From Candidatus Omnitrophota bacterium (GTDB lineage Bacteria; Omnitrophota; Gorgyraeia; Aquiviventales; Aquiviventaceae): a stretch of 30,330 nucleotides of DNA. The stretch lies in assembly GCA_016180605.1 (NCBI GenBank), contig JACPAW010000141.1, positions 1 through 30,330 of the forward strand, written 5' to 3'. Numbering within the stretch: the first letter of the stretch is position 1; every line of letters begins with the position of its first letter. Positions 9,001-16,660 of this stretch are shown piece after piece. Below the pieces are notes generated by a model that had not been told where the DNA came from, ran no database searches, and was given only the letters and a program-made list of their open reading frames with translations. The position numbers and the translations under genes were made by a program.

Positions 9001-9453
9001 CACGACATGATCGGATGGTTTAATCGTAAGCGTTTGACAACCCTGACCGGGTGTCAGAATCGGCGTATTGGCATTATAGGCGCTGACATTCGTATCGTTC
9101 TCTCGGCCAAACTGCAAACCGACGAGACCACCTGCTCCACGAATCTGGAACCGAACCGCTGTGATTTGCGAAGCGGGTACCGGATTGTTCCAGTGCAGAC
9201 GCATCGCCCCCCAATTGCGGGGCTGGCCGCTGAAGGAATACTGCCCGGAACAGGGGTTCTGCGGGTCTTGCTCGTTGAAGGTGTTCTTCGTGCAGGTGCT
9301 ACTGCTTGTGTCGCACGACCAGTTTTCCCAAGCAGGGTTCAGACGGTCATCGTAAACGGTGATATCGGCTAAACAATGAGGAGTCGCCCAACCTAAGAGA
9401 GCTGCCCCGATTAGAACCTTAAGTCCTGCACGATGTCCCCCGCTGCTTCTCAT
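6019..9453 (-). CDS. Large secreted multidomain protein: CBM-like domain, 7 RCC1 repeats, Fn3-associated/CHB_HEX_C-like domain, PA14, second Fn3-associated domain, novel C-terminal repeat domain
   Basis: Signal peptide. Seven AAG.HSLA...G.VW.WG.N..GQLG repeats. APPPGSF...IRYTIDGTAP and FNPPAGQY...IRYT motifs. GLLGRYF...RIDPTIDF.W...FSVRWTG (PA14). SD GGAGGGG before ATG 9453. Confidence 0.85.
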   Translation of the reverse strand: MRSSGGHRAGLKVLIGAALLGWATPHCLADITVYDDRLNPAWENWSCDTSSSTCTKNTFNEQDPQNPCSGQYSFSGQPRNWGAMRLHWNNPVPASQITAVRFQIRGAGGLVGLQFGRENDTNVSAYNANTPILTPGQGCQTLTIKPSDHVVFSDSERLTDLYFKAWTSGSLPGPFYVDTVELLGPPADVIFPEEWVVQVAAGGDHFLALTHLGRVWTWGHNGYGQLGNGSPAHPSILFRSKPVMVSGLNGVKQVAGGGAHSLAVKQDGTVWAWGSNRYGQLGDNSTTDRREPVPVAGLNNVSLVAAGTTHSLAIKTDGTVWTWGHNRSGQLGNGTMTDSAIPVLIVGFSGVKALAAGDDFSVALKTDGTVWTWGDNSYGQLGMGGISFSAVPVRVNSLQNIRSIAAGAYHVLASDGGVWAWGRNTSAQLGDGTRVTARSTPVRVIGSSPYVSYSLISAGRSHSLAWNSAGGGLLGWGDKTFGQVGAGQVGTAPWDPILRPTFIPGIPWIFQLVSSSTGVLAMSSLYDVRTWGANLYGLLGNGTVDENLARNPTLLMHPPSIVSVDLVQLRSGRMGQPIAAPPPGSFDGPISVHLTRATGPQAMIRYTIDGTAPSATVGQAYTGPILLDQLGTWVLKAVAVSLNGAVVSPVMTVQYTITNNPSPMGDGLLGRYFSNEELTERPGQPSTQRIDPTIDFVWGEGRPDPLIPEEHFSVRWTGWLSPQHSEPYTFWAAAGHGIRFWLNGQLLMDLWPYTNNDPLYAMANLQAGVKYPITVEFHNIDWGGNIFLHWKSPSTPQSPIPQRYLFSGITPALANAPAFNPPAGQYQGPLTIRVDTPTEGAIIRYTVSTDGSIPPDPTGSSPVLVPGGVVPGLGNFTNGRVRIKARAEVGKWIVSNTVSADYGIRPYADASRLFSYGYQVFALGKVLDETGRSSFQGNPISLGYGWKTPDGGFEPDLSQPSQTVLFGTHDFGHPAILNESDFVIVLNGPNQSGSYTVNLGKGWIRFRSGFFDFVFDPTQPSQQGWFGVNNFPDGGWTLNPWYLIARVGTAPVRTPTDGRDIALGFGWLKLLPNCGANPGCLTFVPDSNRQPAASVYRGNFQFGVQGFPWNDPNALSYRASDVPPANPVGVGRIRTRGGQMEVIP

Positions 9454-9490
9454 CGTCCCCTCCAGGTTGGCCAAACGGCTAGTTATGTCT

Positions 9491-9519
9491 ATTCTTCAAT
9501 AATATTGATAAAATGTCAA
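9491..9519 (-). promoter_or_regulatory. promoter of the RCC1/PA14 gene with TTGA-N7-TCAA palindrome over the -35
   Basis: TTGACA (9519-9514), 17 nt, AAGAAT (weak -10). Palindromes TTGACATTTTATCAA and TCAATAATATTGA (9496-9508). Confidence 0.5.
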
Positions 9520-9571
9520 GTAACAAACGGCGAAGGAACGAAGGAGCTAGTGGCCAGAGAGTGAGGAGCTT

Positions 9572-11206
9572 TTATGCAACGACGTCAGACGTCGGAGCGG
9601 AAGAAGCAGGCAGGATCACCCGTACGGAAGTGCCGATGCCAAACCGGCTGGCGATGTGAATGGCACCCCCATGATTCTGAACGATGTTATGGGCGATGGC
9701 CAATCCAAGACCGGTGCCGTATTCCTTTCTACTGAAGAAAGGATCGAAAATGTGCGCCAGATCTTCTTCGCGAATTCCAATACCGGTGTCCGAAATCTGC
9801 AGGTGTACTTTTCCTTCACTATCCGCCCCCCAAACGGACAGGCTCAGCGTTCCGCCTTCCGGCATCGCTTGAACCGCATTCATCAATAAATTAATGACCA
9901 CTTGCTTCATCTGGGAGGGATCGACAAAAACGGAAGGAGTATCCTCGTAGTGCCGGGCGATCTTGATTTTTCTATCGGCGCATATCCTGGCAAGCAAATG
10001 AACAATCTCCTCGATGAGCATCTTGAGGGAAACCGATTTGGGTTGCAGAGGATGCGGTTTGGCAAAGTCAAGCAACTGCTTGAGGATGTCATTGACTCTT
10101 TCCACTTCGGTAATCACCACGTCCCGAAATTCATGTCGGAATTCCGGCTCGTCATACCGGCTGGGAAGATATTCGGCGAAGATGCGGATTGCGGTCAGCG
10201 GGTTCTTGATCTCATGCGCCATGCCGGCAGCCAACGTGGCCACGGCTTTCATGCGTTCCGCATGAATCAGCTCGTGCCGCATGGTCATGTTTTCCGTGGA
10301 GAGTTCGGCAATGCTCTTGCCGAAGACCGTACGATCGATGAAACGGCTCAATCCATTTCGCAGCGGGTTGAATAAAACGGCCACAGTCAAGCCAGCAAAC
10401 AGCGAACCCACCAAAGAGCTGTAGCCGATAAGCCGCGCCAAAAGCTTTTCCGAGATAATGATAAACGCACCATAGGTTACCGTCAAAAACAGGGTCAGCA
10501 ATGCGTAAAGGGCCGTCTTCCGGATGATCCAATTCAGGCCCAGTATGTCATGCTTCAAAATCAGGTAAGAAGACGTGACCAGGTAAAAGGTCACGCCCAA
10601 ATTCGCCCCCAGCATTGAGGGAAATGCATCCTGAAAGAGAAGCCAGTTGCTCCAGGCCGCCGGCCAGCCAATCCATCCCACCATGAGGAAATACCGAATG
10701 CGCGTTTTCAGCGGCTCCCCTACCCTCTTTATCCGGCTAGCGGCAAAACGAAGAGTCACGATCACGTAATAGACTTCAATCGCGATAAAAACAAGGAGCC
10801 AGACTGTTCCATGCGGATAGAGCGGCAGTGGCGGCTTAGGACGCGGCGTTTCCAGAAATACCTGGTTGGCATTGAGCACGACCAGCAGCGCGCTGAGGAT
10901 ATAGCCAACCACCAAGTGCTTGCGATAAGCATCCCTGCTGTTGAAAAACACCAATGCGAAATGCAGCATGACCGTAGGCACAAAACAAGCAGGATAAAGC
11001 AGAAATTGAACCCACCATAGAACGGCCTCCGCCTGCGTCTGGTGAATGGCAATAAGGGAAGCAGCCGCCCACCAGGAAACAAACAACAAGAGAAATGCAT
11101 AAGCCAGGTGGATCGGATTGCGGGTTCTGCGGGCGAGGATGACAAACGCCAGAATGAACGCAAAGAGCGCGTTGACTAGAAATGTCGCTGCGTATAAGGT
11201 AGGCAT
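9572..11206 (-). CDS. Membrane sensor histidine kinase with N-terminal 7TM region (NtrB-like HisKA + HATPase_c)
   Basis: Multiple TM helices; H-box AGMAHEIKNPLTAI; N-box QVVINLLMNAVQA; G1 DTGIGI; F-box FDPFFS; G2 GTGLGL. Confidence 0.92.
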   Translation of the reverse strand: MPTLYAATFLVNALFAFILAFVILARRTRNPIHLAYAFLLLFVSWWAAASLIAIHQTQAEAVLWWVQFLLYPACFVPTVMLHFALVFFNSRDAYRKHLVVGYILSALLVVLNANQVFLETPRPKPPLPLYPHGTVWLLVFIAIEVYYVIVTLRFAASRIKRVGEPLKTRIRYFLMVGWIGWPAAWSNWLLFQDAFPSMLGANLGVTFYLVTSSYLILKHDILGLNWIIRKTALYALLTLFLTVTYGAFIIISEKLLARLIGYSSLVGSLFAGLTVAVLFNPLRNGLSRFIDRTVFGKSIAELSTENMTMRHELIHAERMKAVATLAAGMAHEIKNPLTAIRIFAEYLPSRYDEPEFRHEFRDVVITEVERVNDILKQLLDFAKPHPLQPKSVSLKMLIEEIVHLLARICADRKIKIARHYEDTPSVFVDPSQMKQVVINLLMNAVQAMPEGGTLSLSVWGADSEGKVHLQISDTGIGIREEDLAHIFDPFFSRKEYGTGLGLAIAHNIVQNHGGAIHIASRFGIGTSVRVILPASSAPTSDVVA

Positions 11207-11214
11207 GAGTGAAG

Positions 11215-11243
11215 TTGATCTTTTATCATTATATCGCTACACT
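11215..11243 (+). promoter_or_regulatory. sigma70 promoter of the XRE-cupin/RR pair, overlapping a divergent -10 for the kinase
   Basis: TTGATC (11215-11220), 17 nt, TACACT (11238-11243). Minus-strand TATAAT at 11233-11228. Confidence 0.6.
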
Positions 11244-11263
11244 AAAAATACAGGTGGGTGAAT

Positions 11264-11818
11264 ATGAAAGGTTTGGGGGAACGCATTCGGATGCTTCGCA
11301 AGAGCCGTGGGCTTACTTTGGCTGCGGTTTCCAAAAAAACGGATATTGACCAAGCAACGCTTAGCCGGATTGAAAACGGCCAAATGACTGGGACATTACA
11401 GTCTCATGCGAAAATAGCCGACGTACTTAGCATCCGGCTGCCGGAGCTTTACGAAAACCTCACAGCCAACAACTCCGAGGGCACGACCAGAGCAAAACAT
11501 ACCGATACGTTCCTTCACGCTAAAGGCACTGTTTCCGAACTTTTGGCCGGTACGAGTCACTTAATGCACACCCGCTTGATGCCCGTGCGGCTGCGCATCA
11601 GGCCGCAGGGCCGGACGGCGACCGAGGAGTATCCAAAACCAGCCGAGCGCTTTATCTACGTATTGAAGGGAACGCTGGAAGTTCGCCTTGGCAAAGGGTC
11701 GCGGACGCTTAAGATGGGTGAAAGCTGGCTGTTTAGCGCTTCCATCCCGCATCACTTCAAAAACCGGTGGGACAAAGAAACATGGGTTTTGTCCGTTATG
11801 ACACCGGCATCCTTGTAG
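11264..11818 (+). CDS. XRE-family HTH regulator with C-terminal cupin domain
   Basis: LGERIRMLRKSRGLTL...QATLSRIENG HTH; EEY...ERFIYVLKG...GESWLFSASIPHHFKN cupin. Confidence 0.9.
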   Translation: MKGLGERIRMLRKSRGLTLAAVSKKTDIDQATLSRIENGQMTGTLQSHAKIADVLSIRLPELYENLTANNSEGTTRAKHTDTFLHAKGTVSELLAGTSHLMHTRLMPVRLRIRPQGRTATEEYPKPAERFIYVLKGTLEVRLGKGSRTLKMGESWLFSASIPHHFKNRWDKETWVLSVMTPASL

Positions 11819-11828
11819 GAGGTCTTCC

Positions 11829-12221
11829 ATGTCAACGGCACAGACCCACAAGAAATCCACGATTCTGATCTGCGATGATGAGGAAGGGGTGAGACGTTCC
11901 TTTAAGCTGATTCTATCCCCAACGTACGATGTGTGCCTGGCCAAGAGCGGACTTGAAGCGCTACGGATGCTTAAAGACAGCGCACCCCTGGCTGTCTTTC
12001 TGGACATTCGGATGCCGAAACGTCACGGACTCGATATCCTTCAACGAATTCGCAAGCTTAAACCTTCCGTCCCCGTCATCATCGTTTCGGGTTATCAGAG
12101 TGTGGATCTGGCCAACGAGGCATTCAAGTGTGGGGCTGTCGACTACATTCCCAAGCCGTTTTCGTCCAAACAGATCCTGAACGTGCTGGAAAAATTGTCG
12201 TCCGGTTCCGGCAAAATTTAG
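11829..12221 (+). CDS. Single-domain response regulator (receiver)
   Basis: LICDDEE, FLDIRMP (phospho-Asp), IIVSG, YIPKPF; no output domain. Confidence 0.92.
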   Translation: MSTAQTHKKSTILICDDEEGVRRSFKLILSPTYDVCLAKSGLEALRMLKDSAPLAVFLDIRMPKRHGLDILQRIRKLKPSVPVIIVSGYQSVDLANEAFKCGAVDYIPKPFSSKQILNVLEKLSSGSGKI

Positions 12222-12231
12222 GTGTCATTTC

Positions 12232-12255
12232 TTTACTCCTTGGCGTAGGCGCCGA
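12232..12255. repeat. 24-bp direct repeat, copy 2 (last codons of the protease gene)
   Basis: TTTACTCCTTGGCGTAGGCGCCGA, encoding ..GAYAKE* on the minus strand. Confidence 0.75.
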
Positions 12256-13195
12256 GGAACTCTCGGATGTGCTTGGAATGGATGGCGAAGTTAAGTCCCT
12301 GCCCCCCGGCCATCGCAGTCGCTAGAGCCACCATCTCCGAATCCCTATTGAGGAGTGGGCCTCCACTGCTTCCGGGATTGATCGCAGCGTCTGTTTGGAC
12401 AATCGTAAAACCCGCAAGCTTTCTTGGACTTAAATGCTCACAGGCCGGGATATTGATTTCCCCTAAATTAAGATCAGCCATGGACCGTACGGCACTGACG
12501 ACACCCCCTGAGATCGAAACGGTAAGACCCCCGGGGTTGCCAATGGCCACGACCTCGATGCCAGGATGCACCGTCTCTTCCTTGGCAAGGCCCAGGTAAT
12601 GAGGGGTGGGGGTGGGAACACGTACTAAGGCAAGATCATAACACGGATTTGTCTTAAGAACCCGCGCGGTAAAAGCACGGGAATGTTCCGGATTGATTTT
12701 TCCTGAGCTATCCGGCAGCAGAACCCGAATTTCGCGCGCGGATCCGACGACATGGTGATTGGTCACGATCAGGCCTTTGCGGCTGACTACCGCACCGCTT
12801 CCTAAACCGAACCCGCCATCATCCTGTTGAATCCCGATGAACGCCACCGCCTGAACGGCCTCGGCCAGAGTATGAGCCATGCCCTCTGCTTTTTGGGCTG
12901 CATGCCCTGCGGCGGCAGCTGGCTTTTTTTCCGAGGAAGAAGGCGTGGACTTATCCTTGGAAGGTACCCGCACAGGCACCGGTGGAGTTTCGTCGACTTC
13001 AATAGAGACGATTTCTTCCGGAGTGAAACTCACCATGCCGCCCTCCATCTGGACCACGACTTCTTGGGCAGAGCGGCGGACCACACGACCAAGCAAATGC
13101 GTGCCGTCCCTGAATCGGATCGTATCCGCAAATGAAAAAGACACGGCTGTGAAAATCAATGGGATCGAAAGATAGAATCGACTGGAAAGCTTCAA
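12233..13195 (-). CDS. Exported trypsin-like (S1C/HtrA-like) serine protease lacking PDZ
   Basis: Signal peptide; TNHHV (His), DLALVRV (Asp), DAAINPGSSGGPL (Ser). TTG start overlaps the stop of the upstream ATPase. Confidence 0.88.
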   Translation of the reverse strand: MKLSSRFYLSIPLIFTAVSFSFADTIRFRDGTHLLGRVVRRSAQEVVVQMEGGMVSFTPEEIVSIEVDETPPVPVRVPSKDKSTPSSSEKKPAAAAGHAAQKAEGMAHTLAEAVQAVAFIGIQQDDGGFGLGSGAVVSRKGLIVTNHHVVGSAREIRVLLPDSSGKINPEHSRAFTARVLKTNPCYDLALVRVPTPTPHYLGLAKEETVHPGIEVVAIGNPGGLTVSISGGVVSAVRSMADLNLGEINIPACEHLSPRKLAGFTIVQTDAAINPGSSGGPLLNRDSEMVALATAMAGGQGLNFAIHSKHIREFLGAYAKE

Positions 13196-15045
13196 CGCAA
13201 CTCCGGGGGGACAACGCGGATTAATTCTTCCAAACTCGTTTCTCCTTTACCCACCAGCTGCCAGCCCGACTGCCATAAGGTAAGCATCCCGCGGGATACG
13301 GCCGACTGCCGAATTTGAGTACTGGCGGTGTGTTTCAAAATCAGAGAACGAATGTGGTGATCCATGACCAAAAGCTCAAACACTCCGGCACGGCCGTGAT
13401 AGCCGGTGGCTTGGCATTTCCGGCAGCCGCGCGCATGCCCCAGTGGCACGGTCGCCATGGAAGCAGGAACGGAGAGGCCCATCTGGGTCAATGTCACCGG
13501 ATCCACCGAAGAGAGGGTGCGACATTCTTCGCATAGCTGCCGCATCAAGCGCTGGGAAAGGATTCCAATCAGTGTCGAGCAAAGAAGAAACGGCTCAATC
13601 CCTAAGTCCATCAGGCGCGTAATACCGCTTGCCGCATCATTGGTGTGCAATGTGGAAAGCACCAAATGACCCGTCAATGCCGCTCGCACAGCCAGATTGG
13701 CTGTCTCTTGATCGCGGATTTCGCCGACCATGACGATATCCGGATCGTGGCGAAGAACCGAGCGCAAGCCTGTGGCAAACGTCAGCCCGGTCTTGGAATG
13801 CACTTGGATCTGGGTTAAACCCGAAAGCTCATGTTCCACCGGATCCTCAATGGTGACAATATTCACGCGCCCGGTGTTCAGTTGTGTCAAAAAGGCATAA
13901 AGGCTCGTGGTTTTTCCGGAGCCGGTTGGCCCGGTGACGAGCAACAATCCTGTCGGCTTGTTCAGAAGCGTCAACAGACGTTCCTGTTGATCCGGTGTAA
14001 ATCCAAGCTGCGCGATTTGGAACATCCGTGCCGGTTCCAACAAGCGTATGGCCAAGCTTTCTCCCCGCGGCGTCGGAAGAACGGAGACGCGAAGATCCAG
14101 CTTGATGCCAGAGCGCTCAAAAAGAATTCTCCCATCTTGCGGCAATCGGTGTTCGGCAATATCGAGGTTGGCCATCACTTTAATGCGGGAGATGACACTG
14201 GCATAAAGCTCTCGAAACTGCGGTGCGGCGGGCACGGCATACAGGATGCCGTCGATCCGCTCCCGAATCCAGGGCCCCTCAGGTCCCACACCCAAATGAA
14301 GATCCGTTGCGCGATTCGTGTAGGCATGGTGGACCATTTGGTTGACCAGCCAGACGATCCCCTCTGATTCTTCTTGGACATCGCCGCTTGCTAGCTTTAT
14401 GGCAGAGGAGGGCTTGGAATGACGCACCCGGTGGGTGACTTCCGCCCCCATCCCGTAGCTTTGGCGTATGGAATCGGAAAGCTTGCCACCGATGACGGCA
14501 ACCGGCAGAAAATCGCAGCCCAAGATCACTTTCAGTTCATCCAAACGCTGTACGTCTAGGGGATCCGCCATTGCCAAGTGCAGGATGCCTTCATGCAGGG
14601 CAAGTGGAATGACTTGATAGCGCTGTGCCACCGATGCGGGGACACGCTGCAATAATTCCGGGTCGATGACCGCGTTCGTTAAATCCACTGTTTTCAGACC
14701 CATCGCGGCATAGAAGCATTGGGCGAAATCGAAGGGCTTCGTGAGATATTCGTCAGCACCCCGCTCGAAGGCCTCTCCCATCGTCTGGCTGTCGTTGAGG
14801 GCGCTGATGACAATGATCCGGGGCCGCTGTTGCAGGAGACTTAGATGGCTCAGTACTTCAAGCCCCGAACCATCGGGAAGCCGTAAATCAAGAAATACGA
14901 TTCCTACTTCGTTGTCGCGCAAATACTCCAGTGCCGCTTTGACCGTGGCCGTTATGACCACATGAAGCCCTTTGTCCTCCAGAAACGCTTTAAGCGCTTC
15001 TGACAATTTAACCTGGTCCTCTACCACCAAAACCACTTTCTCCAT
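13192..15045 (-). CDS. GspE/PilB-family pilus/secretion assembly ATPase with N-terminal receiver domain
   Basis: REC motifs VEDQ, FLDLRLP, ISA, LTKPF. Walker A GPTGSGKTT, Asp box IEDPVE, Walker B DIVMVGEIRD, His box GHLVLSTLHTND, Zn tetracysteine CEEC/CRKC. Confidence 0.9.
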   Translation of the reverse strand: MEKVVLVVEDQVKLSEALKAFLEDKGLHVVITATVKAALEYLRDNEVGIVFLDLRLPDGSGLEVLSHLSLLQQRPRIIVISALNDSQTMGEAFERGADEYLTKPFDFAQCFYAAMGLKTVDLTNAVIDPELLQRVPASVAQRYQVIPLALHEGILHLAMADPLDVQRLDELKVILGCDFLPVAVIGGKLSDSIRQSYGMGAEVTHRVRHSKPSSAIKLASGDVQEESEGIVWLVNQMVHHAYTNRATDLHLGVGPEGPWIRERIDGILYAVPAAPQFRELYASVISRIKVMANLDIAEHRLPQDGRILFERSGIKLDLRVSVLPTPRGESLAIRLLEPARMFQIAQLGFTPDQQERLLTLLNKPTGLLLVTGPTGSGKTTSLYAFLTQLNTGRVNIVTIEDPVEHELSGLTQIQVHSKTGLTFATGLRSVLRHDPDIVMVGEIRDQETANLAVRAALTGHLVLSTLHTNDAASGITRLMDLGIEPFLLCSTLIGILSQRLMRQLCEECRTLSSVDPVTLTQMGLSVPASMATVPLGHARGCRKCQATGYHGRAGVFELLVMDHHIRSLILKHTASTQIRQSAVSRGMLTLWQSGWQLVGKGETSLEELIRVVPPELR

Positions 15046-15176
15046 ATCTCACCTAAAGTATATTAAGGAATCATCACGTATAATAGATTAACTCAAGTAT
15101 ATCTGATCCTGGTAAGAGCTGAGAATCCCTTGCAGGAAGAAAAAATAGCGGCATCACAATCCCAGGGAGGAAGCCA

Positions 15177-15710
15177 ATGGCACCGGAAGCAGAACCACTG
15201 AAAGTCCAAGGATCTCTGAGTCCTCCCTGCCGCTATCCTGTTTTGGCGGCATTGCTCTCTGCCATCTTCCCAGGGCTTGGCCAATGGTATAACGGAGAGC
15301 GCATCAAGGCATTCGCAATCGGCTGCATGTCGATCGGCACTTATGTGGGAATTCTGCTGGCGATCATTGGCCCTAAAGCATCCCACTCATTGCTGACCCT
15401 AGTGCTCTTGGGTATCGTGTACTTGGCCATTTGGATCCCAGCGGTCATGGATGCGTACCAGCGGGCCGCCGGGGTAGCCACAACGGTTTTCTCTAGCACT
15501 TCCTACTGGTATGTCATCGTCATGCTGCTGACCGTAGGCCCTATGGCCTTGCCGCTTTTGTGGCAGAGCCATCGGTTCTCAAAAGCAGCCAAGATTAGCT
15601 ACAGCCTGATCGTCATCGTCGTTGCTTTATGCACCATCGGGCTGATTGTCGTCTTGGCCCCTATCTTGGAGCAGTTCCAAGAAATCATGCCGCAGCTTTA
15701 TTCGCCTTAG
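15177..15710 (+). CDS. Membrane protein of unknown function
   Basis: About 5 hydrophobic segments; AALLSAIFPGLGQWYNG motif common in small membrane proteins. Confidence 0.75.
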   Translation: MAPEAEPLKVQGSLSPPCRYPVLAALLSAIFPGLGQWYNGERIKAFAIGCMSIGTYVGILLAIIGPKASHSLLTLVLLGIVYLAIWIPAVMDAYQRAAGVATTVFSSTSYWYVIVMLLTVGPMALPLLWQSHRFSKAAKISYSLIVIVVALCTIGLIVVLAPILEQFQEIMPQLYSP

Positions 15711-15718
15711 CTTAAGCC

Positions 15719-16510
15719 ATGAATCCTATCTGCCGGAACCTCCTTCTTGCATTTTTATTGCTGCCGGGTGGGTGCGTGCGCAGCAACTTTAACCTGGCCA
15801 CCCAGCGGGAAGAATTCACCCTGACTTCAACGGAAAGAGAAGTGGAGGCGGGTCGTGTAATCGCCCGCCGCGTAGAAGAAGACTTAGGATTAGTAGCCGA
15901 TGAATCCCTGCAGCGGCGCGTGCGCGAAATCGGAGATAAGCTGGCGGCCGTGTGCGATCGAAGGGAGTTAGTTTATTCTTTCGGTGTCGTGAGCGATGAA
16001 GAAGTGAACGCCTTTTCCTTGCCGGGAGGCTACGTGTTCGTCAATGAAGGGCTGGTCAAAAAAGCAAGCTCCGATGATGAACTCGCAGGAGTCATCGCCC
16101 ACGAAATCGCGCACATCACCGCACGCCACGCGGTTAAACGGTATGAAAGCGGCATCGGGATGCAGCTTCTGCAGCTGGCGACTTTGGTAGGACGCCAGTC
16201 AACCGTGGCAAAAGGGTTAAGCGTAGCCGCTCAGGCCGCACAGTTGGCCTATGCCCGGCAGGACGAGCTGGAAGCGGATCGGCTTGCCGTAAAATACTTG
16301 CGCGCAGCAGGTTTCAATGCGGCTGCCATGCTTACTTTTCTGGAAAAACTTCACGGGTTGGATCGGAAAAAACTGCGCTATCTTCCCCGCCACATCGTTC
16401 GTCCCCAGTATGCGCTGACGCACCCCTTCGTTCCGGAGCGAGTCCGCGCCGTAAAAGAAGCTCTTTTCGGCGTTGCGGATTATATCGATTATCTCAATAG
16501 CCCGGACTGA
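15719..16510 (+). CDS. M48-family zinc metalloprotease, probable lipoprotein
   Basis: NAFSLPGG, HEIAH (HEXXH), ELEAD, LTHP; lipobox-like LPGGC. Confidence 0.9.
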   Translation: MNPICRNLLLAFLLLPGGCVRSNFNLATQREEFTLTSTEREVEAGRVIARRVEEDLGLVADESLQRRVREIGDKLAAVCDRRELVYSFGVVSDEEVNAFSLPGGYVFVNEGLVKKASSDDELAGVIAHEIAHITARHAVKRYESGIGMQLLQLATLVGRQSTVAKGLSVAAQAAQLAYARQDELEADRLAVKYLRAAGFNAAAMLTFLEKLHGLDRKKLRYLPRHIVRPQYALTHPFVPERVRAVKEALFGVADYIDYLNSPD

Positions 16511-16530
16511 ATGGCAGCATTACGAAATGT

Positions 16531-16617
16531 TTGGGACATGCTCGCCCCGGCCTCTCGTAAGAGGCGGGCCGGGGGGACAGGAGACGTGGGACATGGAAAA
16601 TCAACAACCTGTCCCCT
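16531..16617. repeat. Intergenic GGGACA(T/G)G short repeats and GC-rich hairpin between convergent genes
   Basis: TGGGACATG twice; GGGGACAGG...CCTGTCCCC inverted pair; CCCCGGCC-TCTC-GTAA-GAGG-CG-GGCCGGGG hairpin. Confidence 0.6.
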
Positions 16618-16660
16618 GCCCCCACGCACGACGGGCATGCTGAATTCCTCCGCATTAGAC

